From Octopus sinensis (lineage: Eukaryota): a stretch of 64,000 nt of DNA. The stretch lies in contig NC_043004.1 in NCBI RefSeq assembly GCF_006345805.1, forward strand, positions 87,606,001 to 87,670,000. Direction: 5' to 3'. Under the pieces are notes generated by a model. The model saw only the letters and a list, made by a program, of their open reading frames with translations. It was not told where the DNA came from and ran no database searches. The first letter of the stretch is position 1; every line of letters starts with the position of its first letter. Positions 51,261-64,000 of the stretch are shown here, piece after piece. The position numbers and the translations under genes are program-made.

Positions 51261-51967
51261 GGACAGCTCCTCTTTGGATATTTGTACTAGGACAGTACTT
51301 TTTACATTTAGACGCACACAAAACCATTCCTATTTACCACATTGAAGTGTGGTTGGTGTCAGTCTTCGTTGCCTATACAGGAGGGATATTAACAAAGTAT
51401 TTAAAACCAAATGTGGCAGAAGCAATATTGAACTGGTTATTAAAACCATTGCTATTACTTATGTGTATTTTATTTATCACCCTTGGTGTCTACATTAATA
51501 TGTATGTATGGAACATATTGGACATTTATATTATATTAGGATGTACTCTATTACCAGTAACGGGTTGGGTTCTCGGATTTTTTCTAGGCTTGATATTCCG
51601 CCAAGATGGGCCAATTTTAGAAGCTCTCTCTCTCGAAACTTCAAGCTTTAACAATCTGATAACAGTAGCAGCTTTACGTTTTTCTCTCTCAAGCAGACCT
51701 GGAGATTTGTCATCAACTGTACCTTTTCTTGTTATTTTTACAACTCCTGGTATTTACATAGTATTATCCCTAATCAAATCTTTGCGGCTTTGCATCATTA
51801 ACTATTTACAAGAACGAAGACAAAAACAAGTTAATCGACAGTTTAGCATTGTTTCAGGAATAATTAACCAGGCAAATATTACAGCATTATCAGCTCCTTT
51901 ATTTATATCTGATATCCTGGATGATGAAGACAGTTCTGATAATAAAGAAAAAGTGACAGTTTTATGA
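51261..51967 (+). CDS. SLC10-family transporter, terminal coding exon 3 (to TGA)
   Basis: Acceptor ttctgtttcttacag at 51246-51260. The phase-1 join gives G-TAPLWIFVLGQYFLHLDAHKTIPIYHIE, continuing into track ORF 51347-51967 (several TM helices, ...LSLETSSFNN..., C-terminus EKVTVL*). The joined CDS is 411+172+707=1290 nt, giving 429 aa plus stop. Confidence 0.93.
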
Positions 51968-54900
51968 AGTTTTTTTAAAGTCTTTTTAAGAGAAGAGAAA
52001 TAAATCTGCTACACTAAGAAACATGCATTGGAATGAGACTTTGATGATTTAGAGTATCAATTATACCAGCCTACAATGGCAATGGTGCCAAACATAGGAT
52101 TAAGTGCCAACAATGTAAATCTGGCAAGAGGTAATTTGATTCAAATGAAGAAAGAACCTTACTACAATCCAATTACTGGTACTCCAATTGACAGTTTCTT
52201 GGTGCACATGTTAATGGTGGTAAAAATAGCAGCAATGTGTTGCTGAAGTTATGACAATGTCAAATATTTTTTAGTCTTTATAACAATACAATCACTAACA
52301 GTCTATTATACTGGAGTTTATAAGATGGATGGTTATAAAGACAGTTATATAGAGAAAACAATTCTGTATAACGAAACATAGTAAATTGAATATGTTCCTT
52401 AACCGATTTGAGCTTATATTAAGGTATGAATATAAAGTGAAATAGAAAGTAACTTATACTTTTAAATTTATGTTTTTAACTTCAATAACTGAAAAAACAT
52501 CAACAAATAATATTAAAGTAGATTTGATTTCCATTCGAAACATACATCGTTGGAGAAAAGTCATTTATACATTCATTGTATAAATCATGAATATTTTTAT
52601 AAATTTTGCTGCTTAAATTAAAAAAAATTCTTTCCTATCAGCTTTGCAATTAGACATTAGCATTCTAAATAGGAACATTTTTTGAAGCAAACAACTTTCA
52701 ACCTGAAAATTAATGAGGCAAATGTGGTGGTGTTTTGAAAAGTACTTTTTGTGTGTGGAATGATACACACAAAGATGAGAGCTGTTAATACTTTACAACT
52801 CATTTTATGTAGTGTTTGCTCTTTGAAATATAATGACTGTATAAATTGATAATAGACAACTAGCGAAACATGTACATTAGAATACACACCCAAGGGGAAG
52901 AGTAGCAGCAACTTCCCAATACAATAACCTTTTATTTATGTTGTCAGTCTCATCTTGTAAGGATGAGAATTTGTTTATATAATCCTTGCCTAGAATACAG
53001 GTAAAACCATTTAATAACTTTCAGTCTCAAGACATGACAATGTCAAACATAATTAATATTGATCTATAATTATCTTCATTTTGGCTGTAAATACAAAGAG
53101 TAATAGGGATTGAAGTAGATTATTAGACTGTAGGCAGCAAATGTATATATCAAGTAGAATGGTAAAGTTTGTAAATTGTGTTTTTCTAATAAGGTAAAAT
53201 TCAGAATTTGACAAAACTAATTGGCAAAACTTAATCCAAAAAACTTTGCAGATGAATAATTTCAGTGAGCTGCTTTGCAATGGGAATTGAAAAATTTAGT
53301 ATTTTAGACACTCGTACATTTTTGGGGAGAGAAAATAAAGAAGCCCAATACCAATTGTGAATGATAAATGAAAGAAATAACAATGGATTGATACAATAGC
53401 GTAAACGAGAAAGAGAGAGAAAGAGCAAGTGTGAGTAGTGTGGAAGGTGGTGTACAAACACTTCTACCTCCCTTTGCAAGACATTTTTTTGTCTTTATAA
53501 TTCTGACAACTCATTGTTTTAAACATGCTTCATTTTCTCAAATTTATTTCTTTAATTCTGACTGCTAACTCATTCCCTTTTTCTCCTCTTCCTCTGTTTT
53601 TTTTTTTTATATGTTCCATTGCCTCTGCTACTTTCTATCTCACCTGAACTAGACCTCAATATCTCCCATTTCAATTGACCTTACTTTTGTTACAAACTTT
53701 GACGACCTGTTCCTGCACACTTTACTTTTTCTCATGACATCCAGCTTCCACATCACACATTGGCTCTTTTTTCCTGTCTCCCCATTTCCAGTGTCTACAT
53801 TATTCATTCCATTTCTTATTTGTGATTTTGTGACCATGGGATTAAGGCTTCATTATTTTCTCAATATTAAAAAAAGGGCAAATATTTTTCACTCCTCACA
53901 GCAAATCAACTCACTGAAATTTATTTTACTTTTTACAAACCCTTTTGTGTTATCATAACCCTAGAAAAATATGACACAAATTGTGTTTTATTGATTATAT
54001 AGTTTTAACCTTTTTAATCAAATAGATATTTTCTAAAAGATAATAATAGAAATATTAACAGAATGCAATATTTTTTGGAGCATTATCATAGATTGTGTAA
54101 ATACTGTTGAACAAAAAAAAATGTCAGCTTTATTTCAATTTAAGACATTTAGAGGATTTTGTAAAATCCACAATAATTTCCTCAATAATTAATTACTCTG
54201 ATCCACTTAACATTTTGCTGCTCATTATAAACACACTACTTGCATGATTTTGTTAATTAAAATGTTTAGATATTTATCATGAAATGTAAAAAAATAAAAA
54301 AAATAAAAAAATAAAAAAAAAAACAACCAAAAACAAACTGAACATTGGTAAACCATTTTCCACCAATTTGTTTTAAAATCAGACTAATTTAAATTACAGT
54401 TCAAGGTAAGTGCAGAACAAAACAGTTTACTTTGTCAAATCGAATAATTTGCCTTGTATCCCAACATTTTTTAAGTTGGAGAAAACTTAAATTATCAAGT
54501 ACATTTACAAATAAAACACTTAGATTTTTTTTCTAGATTTCAAAATATATTCTCTATTAAACAGATTCTAAGCTGTTGCTGCATAGTAATGTTTGTATTT
54601 AATATGAGGCTATTTTTTTAAAGTGAGTTCTGGTATATTCTTAATGTAAAATGCAATTTAAAGAATTATAGCCAGATTTTCACAAAGATAAAAAATATAT
54701 AATTAAAATTAATTATATATTGTTGAGGTCAAATACAATGAAAATATTGGTCGGAAAATGTATTCATTTGTTCAATTAGAAGTTATCTGAAAGGCGCTTG
54801 TCACTATGCTAAAAAAAAAACCGGAAAATTTGAAATGCTGTAGAAGTGATAAATTGAGCAGTTGGATGAAATAAGTAGTTGCTCATTCAAGTAAATTTCA

Positions 54901-57900
54901 CATTATTTTAAACAAAGAAAAAATGATGGAGAACAGATTTTTACCTCATCTTGAAGCCCCAAATGATGTTAGGGGCAGGTGCTAGAACTAATTAACAACT
55001 AAATAACATTTCCAGGGAGTAGCTAATATTCAAGCTGCCTTTGTACCTTTGCCCTACAGACAAATACTAATGAAACATCTCTACACACAAGTACATATAT
55101 ATACATTTAGGTGCACATATAGATACTTGTGCAGAGTGGTTACATACATTTGTTTGTAGACATGAATTGAGATATATTTTTTATGTGACAACACATTACT
55201 TTGTGTGATTCTATGTGTGCATATGATTATAGATAAGGTGGGAGGTATTTACTAATGAATGCTAAATAAAATATGTAGTATCTGATGAAAATGGCATATT
55301 GATCATAAGAGATACATGGTTTAATGAGTAAGTAATTTTCAAGAAATTCTGAAAGGTTAAAACTTCTGACAAATCTATGGCTATCATCAGGGATTACATT
55401 TACTACCAGAAACCAATAAATTAAAGTAACACATATCGAAAACAGATATCTCCATAAGTTTCCAGTTAAGGTAAGAAAACCAGATTTTTATAAAAATGTT
55501 TTCTTGATCATATTCTATTTCTTCCACATTATCAGAGATTTTATTTTAATTTATTTTGCCTTATTTGGCATTTCTCTTCCAGATTGTCTTTAAACATTTT
55601 GTTATTCCTTCTGATACTAACTGGAAACTTGTGTTATTTTTATTTTGTCATGTTTTTTTAAAAATAAATTTGTTAGACAACTGTTAATTAAATGGAGGGA
55701 GAAAAAAACAAAAACAAAAAAACAACCTATTTTTTCATACTACAAAATGTGTTCAATTTTGTACGATTGTTAATTTGAAGAAAAATATTCCCTTGTTTAT
55801 ATGTTTTGAAAAAAATTATCAATAAACAAAAGCTGAAAAGATAACCTCTATAAAGTCCTTTGCTCATTTTACAACATACATAATCAGGCAGTGATTAAAA
55901 TCTATTCATATTACTTGTAAAGGTGATTTTATATTAATTCATGCAGAATGATTTGAAGTATCCATATAGATTTTCAGCTTAGAGGTGTGTATGTCAACAA
56001 AAGTTGCAAATATAATTTGATTCCTCTCTAAGCTGTTGAAATTTGTTTAGTGTTGTTGTACAGTAAGCTACAGACTAATATATATATATATAAAGTTTTA
56101 ATTAAAAGCAACAACTTCCACTAATTTACAAATTAAGAGACAACAAATATGTCTGTTTCAAATATAAACTTGTACAATATAGGAGACGATGTACTTTTGG
56201 CATTCCATAATAAAAAAAAGGAAATGTTGCACTAGTTTAGTATGCCAAGATTAATTTGTAAAATTTTAATTATGACAAGAAATTGAGAGCACAAAATACT
56301 TTTCTTAAAATGAACTTATATGTTCTTGACTTTTAAGTAAATAATAGAAATAATTGATTTCAAAATTAATAAAATTAACTTCTTAAAATGCTTATGTGAA
56401 ATAAAAAGGTAAAATATGTATCATAAACCATTTAAATTATTTCAATGAGAACAAAATATATATTTCTGCTATTGATAGTTTTGAATTTCCATAAAGCCAA
56501 AATAAATTTTGAAGTAGTTTTTCTGATGAAGTAATACAGTCTTTAAACAATAAACTTCACAGTATTTTATAGCTTATCCAAGAATCAGTTCTTTCCATAG
56601 CAAGAATTCTTTATAATTTCCATTTTTAAAACAAATATATTCACAAAAAATTTTAAAATGCAACCAATTATTAACATGAAAATCACAAACAGTTCTACAC
56701 ATGCATAGAAATTAAATTATTTATTGTAAATATAAAGTGATTATTGTTATGGAAACCACCCTCAAAAATATATCTCTAATTGCTATTTTCCCAAATGTCT
56801 TAAAATGTTTACATATGTATATATGAAATAATAAGATGGATTTGAGATAGGTGAGACACAGTATATATATGATTGATGAAATATTTTTGGAAAATCAAAG
56901 TAAAACATTTTGGGGTGTATACACAAATCTTTAAAATATTAAATATTGTCTATTACATATATAAATGGCTTAACCAAAGGAAGCAGAACTGCATCTATAA
57001 CCTTTTTCAGACCCTGGTGGAAAGAGGTTTTCCTCCGACCAGTCCTAAATGCTAGTAACATGATGAACTCCACTAAAAGCAACACCCAAGCCCAGGTGAT
57101 TGTTTTAAACCAGCTGATTATACACATTAGAGTTTAGAAGTTCCCAATAGAAATAAAACTGTAACTAAAACCCAAATGCCTTTATTTTTCCTTTTTTACT
57201 TCAGTCTAAAGTTAATTCAAATGTAACCATTTATTGCTGTATGGCCAACTGGTACTTCTTAAGATATATGAAAAATTAAATCAAAAAACGATAGGACTGA
57301 AGTTTTCAGACTTTCAAAAACGATAGGACTCAGGACTGAAGCCTTCAGACTCTGTACTCAACTGAGTAAACTGACTTTAGGTTTTTTTTTTCTAAAGCTA
57401 TCTAAAGATGGTTTGGAGATATATGTTATTTAGAGATGATATGTAAAAACATTGAAGAAAACTATAAAAAAATTATGTTTTCTAGTAAGGTTTTGGTATT
57501 AAAATTTCATTTTTTTTTTATTCAGTCCAACATATTAATTTTAATATCTATAAAAAAAAAAATCTATATTCATTCAACTCTGATTTTCTATTTTACAAAA
57601 TCAAATAGTGATTTAAGATTGGCTATAAGTTACATCATAAATATTTTTGGAACACACTTCTTTTTTTTATTTTATGAGTTTTTGAAGAAACATTTGTTAC
57701 ACCTTATATGGATTATCAACAGAACTGATTGATTTATTCTCAGATAATGATAGAATGCTTCTGACCTTTGCCTAAACCATTTTAAATCATGATCTTGCTT
57801 TTCTTAGATATAATCAGTCAGATTTTCATCTTTAAAGTTATAAAGATTTCCAATTTGATGCATTTTTTAAAATATATAATTGTAGAACATAATATAAAAT

Positions 57901-60853
57901 AAATATGTAAAATTAAATGAAAATTCAATGCCAATTTTCATTTGTAGATTATTTCTTGTCTTAAAAGAAATAGATTGCAAATTTTGAAATTTCACTAAAT
58001 ATTTATTGTTATTGCTTTACATTGACTAGATTTAGTATTGGATTAAATATTGGTACTAGTTAAATCTTGATATTTAATCTGCTGGTGTTGAGTTACAGAA
58101 ATATTTAAATCGAAGTTTTCTAAAGCTTGTTTCTCAGTCAGTCATTATATAGTTAGTTTGCTTTCAGTTAAAGTCAATTTAGCTTTTAAGTCACAATATA
58201 GCAAATCCAACAAAATATTTCATCTTATTAAATATTTTGTTTTTATAAGTATCAAAAGTAATAGAGTGAATATCTTTGAAATTAATGATCTAAGATTCCA
58301 ATAAATGAAATTTGATAATTACCATTCAACACTTTCATGTTTTAAGAAGTGATTTTTTTATAAACAAGATATTTTAACTCTTCTATAACAAAACTAGTTT
58401 ATGAGATCCACAATATCACTACTTTCAATCATTCTTTTAGTAAATAAACAAAAAAAGATCTACAGAATTTAGAAAAATATACTTGTTTTCTTTTATTTAT
58501 TTTGTGTGTGTGTGTAATTTCTGGAAATTAAATCAGAAATTAAAGAGGAAAAAATTGGAAATTGAGATAAAATGTCATTAAATATGCATAATTTTGAAAA
58601 TGTTCAGAAATTCTATTTGGGACATTTTAAATTGAGGATATATTTTGGAAATGTATCACAATAGTTCTCAGTTGGCAAATTATTAAAAAAAAAATGTGAT
58701 TGTGGTGAAATGATTTTATCAACTATCTATATTCATCATCATTATCTTCATCATCATTATTACCATTGTTGTCATTATCATAACACTTCTTTGCATATAT
58801 GTTGATCTATGTTTTATTTTCATGTACAAATTTTCAGATTAAATAAATTATTGAAATTACCATTCCTTGATATCTTTCTTCAATTTGCTTTCAATTCATG
58901 TTTGTTGATGACTTCAGTTCAACTCTACTAATTGATTACTCTACATGACTTAAGAATATGTTTTACACTCATTTTTTTCCCATGAATATATGGATGGTGT
59001 AATTTTAACAACATTAGCTATTTATACACCAGTGTGGCAATACTTCCTTTGTTTTACTTCTAGCCTGTTCGTAAACTGGGCAGACTGAAGCAGAGTTGCA
59101 CAAGAATCTAGCACATTTCAATAAAGGTATATTAATGTAAAAACATTGAATAGATTTAAATTTATACCATCTAATAAAGATTTATTCTTTATGGAGAATG
59201 AGATTGGTTAAATGGAAGACAAAAAAATATTAGAAAACCTCTAAAGATATTTCATTACTGTGTTCAGATAATTTTATTACAACTATAAAGCTGCTATATG
59301 ATAACCTAAATAGCAACAAAAGTATGTTTAGAACTAAATTAAGCATCAGGACATTGAAAAAAATAAACATAATCAAAAAGATTAAATGATGTCTCTTTTT
59401 ATTCGATGTGAATAGAGAATGCTTGAAATAATAATTATGGTTTTAATACTTTATACTCATTATTTCATAATGATACCATTTAAATTTTCAGATAGAAGAC
59501 ATCTATCACATAGTAATATTAAGCTTTGAAATATTTGTGAAATTGCATTTGCTAAGACAACCATTACAAAGTAGCAAAATAATCTTTATGCATTAGAATA
59601 TTTGAAAAATTCTTATTTGTAATATTTGTTGGAGTTATGATTAATTATCTGAAGGTTTCCAACAGCTTTTTCAATTGTTGCCATTTAAAAAGAAACTTAA
59701 GATATTTAGAATGAGTAGTCAATAATCACATAATATAAAATCTGAAAAATATATTGATTCATTTAAATTTATTCCTAAAGCTAACTCCCTAAGCTAATTA
59801 CCTAATTAGCAATGGTTGTTACATCAGATTAACCAAGTTTCTTATTGGCAACCAAGCTACCAAGCTATAATTCTGATGTTTGAAATCAGCAGAGAATATC
59901 ATAATAGTGAAATACATTTTCTTAAGGCAATTCTAACACTACTTGTTAGATATATATCACTTTTGCTGTTTAATTATACAAATATATGTTCAGCATATTC
60001 TGTAAGCTGGTATGTAAAACAATATCTCTCTTGTTAACAGAAAAATGAAATAAAATAAAGTGTGGCAGTATTTCTTAGAAATAATAATTGGGAAACTTTT
60101 ACCAGGAAAACTAGTCACTTAATGAGTCTCTCTCTCTCTCTAAGCAATAAATTTCAAATTAAATATGTATAAATCAAAACTGCCTTTCGGAAATCCCAGA
60201 AATATTATAAATCACTGGTATGTAATATATTTAGTGTATGTAAATATGAATAGGGGAATACCTGAATATATTTAGATATAAATAATTGCATGAATAAACA
60301 ATAAAAAAAAAAGAAATCATTAGTGTCTATTATGTAGACAAACAGGAATTTATGGCAGTCTAGAAATGCACAATACAGACACCATTTATATATCTCAACT
60401 CATTTTCTGTTTTTAGAAGAAACATGGCTACAAATTTTCCTTCTGTGCATCAACAATTCATATCCAATTAATCTACAACTCATAATTCATGAACTCATAT
60501 CATACAGTAGCTATTTCATTGTATCAAGAAGCATAACATTCATGTTTATTGGCTACAAAATTGATACCAGGCCTTTAAGGATGTTACCTGTGTTAGACAA
60601 TTATTTTCTTTTGTGGAGTCAAGAGAACTACATCTCATCTGTTTAACTTATCAGAAGATATAGTTAACAATTGGTTGTTAAAATCCAGAATTTTCTTTTA
60701 ATAGGTTCAGAATATTTAGACTAAAATTTTAACAAAATCCCCAAATGTTTATTTAGAAATAATAGTTTATCTCCTATCAATAGTTTTCCTATTATTTCAG
60801 AAATATAGAAATTTTAATCAAGGATAAATTCAATAAATTAAAATTTTACTTTG

Positions 60854-60855
<2 letters not shown>

Positions 60856-60900
<45 letters not shown>
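60856..60900. repeat. (AC)n(AT)n microsatellite
   Basis: Direct reading. Confidence 0.95.
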
Positions 60901-61039
60901 TACTAGCAATGCACCCTGTAATGACTGACTGCCACACTGTATGTGCCTTTCTTATGGGCAGAATCAGCACACGAAGGGTATGAAGCAAACAACTCTTCTT
61001 TATAAACATGGTTTTTGGTCATTTTCTGATGAACAAAGC

Positions 61040-61163
61040 TGCAGTTTCCATCTACCAAATTCAGTCAGAAATCTGTGGTTGCCCTAGGGCTATAGTAAAA
61101 AATATTTGCCCAAGGTACCATGCAGACTGACTGAACATGGAACCATGTGATTGGGAAGCAAAC
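61040..61163 (-). mobile_element. SINE head A + core
   Basis: gtttccatctaccaaattc..gggctatagt..ttgcccaaggtaccatgc..cttctcaaccatacagtcat. Confidence 0.8.
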
Positions 61164-61628
61164 TTCTCAACCATACAGTCATTGTTGCACCTAATATACG
61201 TGTGTGTGTGTGTTTACATTTGTTATTAAATCGAGTATTGTGTCCCACTATGTCTCAAAGTAGCAGTTCATCAAGCAGAGATCTATAAAATAAATATCAA
61301 ATTGAAATACGTACTGAGGTCAGTATGATCAATTAAATTTTCGAAGGTGATACCCCCTAATGGAAACAGATGAAAGATCAAACCCAGTAAAATAATATTT
61401 AAAGACTTAATGGTTTCAAATTTAAGGTAAAGGATTACTAATCACAAGACAAGGAGTTCAAAACTTCGTATTGAACTTCTATTCTATACAATAACAGTAT
61501 ATGTACATCTCAGTCTACTTGGCTTCCAACAATTAACAATTGTAATTTGAAGCTGAAAGGTTAGATGTCCAGATTTCTTAAATTATTATGCACAATACTC
61601 TGAGAAAAAGTATTTTTTTCACCACAAC

Positions 61629-61631
<3 letters not shown>

Positions 61632-61672
<41 letters not shown>
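61632..61672. repeat. (AC)n microsatellite
   Basis: Direct reading. Confidence 0.95.
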
Positions 61673-61673
<1 letters not shown>

Positions 61674-64000
61674 GTATGTCTGTGGTAACTTGAGCTACTA
61701 CAAACAGCAGCCAAATCTCAAACACACAGATTTACAGTAATTCAGAAAAAAAACTATGCCATGGGTCTGCCTCATCAGAGGCAACTCTGGGCTAAACAAA
61801 ACACAAACATACTTCACATTAAAAGATTATGTACTAAATAATACTAATAAAGTTGACAGTATATCTTTGAAGTTTCATTCTCTAGTAAAACTCCATGTAT
61901 TTTAAACATTTTCTCATTATGCTCTATGTAAGACACATTGTTCAGGCAGAGTTGCCCCCTTAGCTAAAGACCTCAAAATCGTGCAACCTGACCTTGTTTT
62001 CAAGGTTATTTTTCTAGTAAAAAAGAATTATTGTGCAAAAAACATACTTTATTTGGTAGCCAAAAGATTACTGAATCTTTTTATACCTCATATGTCAAAT
62101 TCAGCAACTCAAAAGGAATAGACACATGCAATCACAAGCGTGTGTGCGCATGCATGTGCACACACACACACAAGCTCTGTTTTATATATTAAGATGTACA
62201 AAGAATATTCATAAATAGACACTGCTAGTTCAAATTTAAGCAGAATATTTTTAGATGTAGTTCTTAAGGTCAAGTTTGAAACAAAATTGTAATGCACTTA
62301 ATGTAAAATTATGTTCCTGTGAGTATATTTCATTTATCTCTCCATTTTAGGTTTTAAAGCCCTAACTGGAAATTATCTGAAATAGAGCTGAGAATATTTA
62401 TATACCACAAGCCTAAGAGAAGGACTTCACATTTTTTTGAGCAGCCTGTCTATCCTGAACATCTAATTACTATAGATACTAATGCAGTAGTAAATATCAA
62501 CTGTACTGGTATAACAGTTATTAGAAATTAGTTTTTTTTATAACCTAACATGTGTGAAACAGTTTCTGTTTTTTGTTTTGTATGTTAAACAGTTTCCATA
62601 GTGAACATGCGAGTTGGGGTAGATGGTAGATTAATGTTGGTGAATTCTTTTGTACTGGTGTAGGCTAATAAGTGGAATGACTAGGTATGAGAAAGCAATA
62701 AATATGCTTCTGGGATGGGAATGAGAGAATAATTATAACAACAGATGGAAAGGTGTGTTGAAGGAAGATGACCACTACCAAACTTTCAATGAGTAAAAGA
62801 GGATGAACTAATAGTAGACAAAACAGAAGGAAGGAGGCACAATATAATACTGGAGTAAGAGCTGAGAATTTTGTAGAAAAAGTCTGCTAATCAGATAGTT
62901 TGATTTTTTTCAGATGTAGCCAGTGGAGCACAGAAGCATTCTAGAAATGAAAAACAGTATTTCATGACAGAACATACCTTTATTTTAAACCAAGGCAGCT
63001 CTGTTTCTAAATTATATGGGTTACTTAATGACCAAGGTGTTAAATTTCCTATTCAAAATGTATATAAAATTATATTTATTCCTGTTTTGGGGACATATAA
63101 AGAGAGAATAAGAGCTTAAATGTCATTGATCAAAAACTTGATTTTCCTCTTCTAGCTCTGGAGTTGTCCAGTACATAAGACTTCTCAGACACTGAACAGA
63201 AATTACAAATTATTCTTAAACATAAGGAACTTAACCCAATATTAAAACTGGGATATAAGTCAAATGTTTTAGTGAGAATAAGTTACTTTAAATTTATTAG
63301 TACAATATGTTGTAGGTATTTCTGCAGGAAATCTGTTCCTTGAAAGTTGTACTTGAACAGATGAAATAATCTGATCATTCGAAGATTTTATCTGCAGAGT
63401 GGTCAAATGTAACAGTCAATATCAAACTGAACAAGGAATTATCCATTTGGCAAATAATAGATACTAAAGAATAGCCACATCCAAAATTTGTTCTTTATAA
63501 GTTTGGTGAGCGTAGCAGTAACCTAAGCTACATGCAACAAAAATTGTGACATTAATAGATGCTGATATGACAGCACAGTGCATATAAGAATGGATAATAT
63601 TATTACAAAAAACAAAGAAATTTTTATTTTAATCAAAAAGTAAATGAAATATTTTAGCCTGTAATCATTGTGAACGAAGAATGGAAACAACAAGTAGAAA
63701 AGGGTCAATTATAATAAAAATCTGTTTGGATTATCATGTCATCATAACTATCTTCTAGATTAGTGTTTTACATCCCATACAAAGAGTAAAATGTGTTGGA
63801 AAGATCATATGTAACAACTTTAAAGATATAGATGCATATCATTCTGAAAAGATATGCTTCAGTCATTTTAAGGTATTCTAATTCAAGAATTCTTTGATCT
63901 ATTTCCACAAAGATTACAACCATTCATAACCTTAGCAGCAAAATCAATATTTTCTGTAAACTATCACTGATATCATTTTCTCTTGTTGGTCTTAGAATAA

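Noticed and set aside
53550-53840. Minus-strand ORF with QCVMWKL, possibly an old RTE Cys-motif
   Set aside because: Only marginal resemblance and no RT motifs are recognisable.
1-64000. CRISPR array, rRNA or prokaryotic operon
   Set aside because: No regularly spaced repeat-spacer units, no rRNA-like sequence and no gene-dense region; the DNA is intron-rich and eukaryotic.

Overview
AT-rich, microsatellite-dense animal genomic DNA. The repeat complement (tRNA/CORE-type SINEs, RTE and CR1-type LINE remnants) looks like a coleoid cephalopod, most likely Octopus; that assignment is by recall of repeat families, not a database search. One intact protein-coding gene is supported: a 3-exon + strand SLC10 (sodium/bile-acid symporter fold) member at 21833-22243, 42031-42202 and 51261-51967. 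The CDS is 1290 nt and encodes 429 aa; the GT-AG introns are 19,787 and 9,058 nt. Most other ORFs in the track are microsatellite noise or decayed LINE ORF2. Main leads: (1) four canonical Na+-ligand positions of the transporter are substituted, and it ends in a class I PDZ-type motif. (2) A uORF overlaps the first ATG, and its stop overlaps the second in-frame ATG (ATGA). (3) A minimal hammerhead-ribozyme-like motif lies in a Penelope-like repeat, with one core substitution. (4) A ~390-bp fold-back element has a perfect 38-bp inner stem. (5) SINE heads and tails appear modularly shuffled, with one tail continuous with an RTE LINE 3' end. (6) There are piggyBac-type and Tc1/mariner-type MITE families. 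No rRNA, genuine tRNA gene or CRISPR array is supported.
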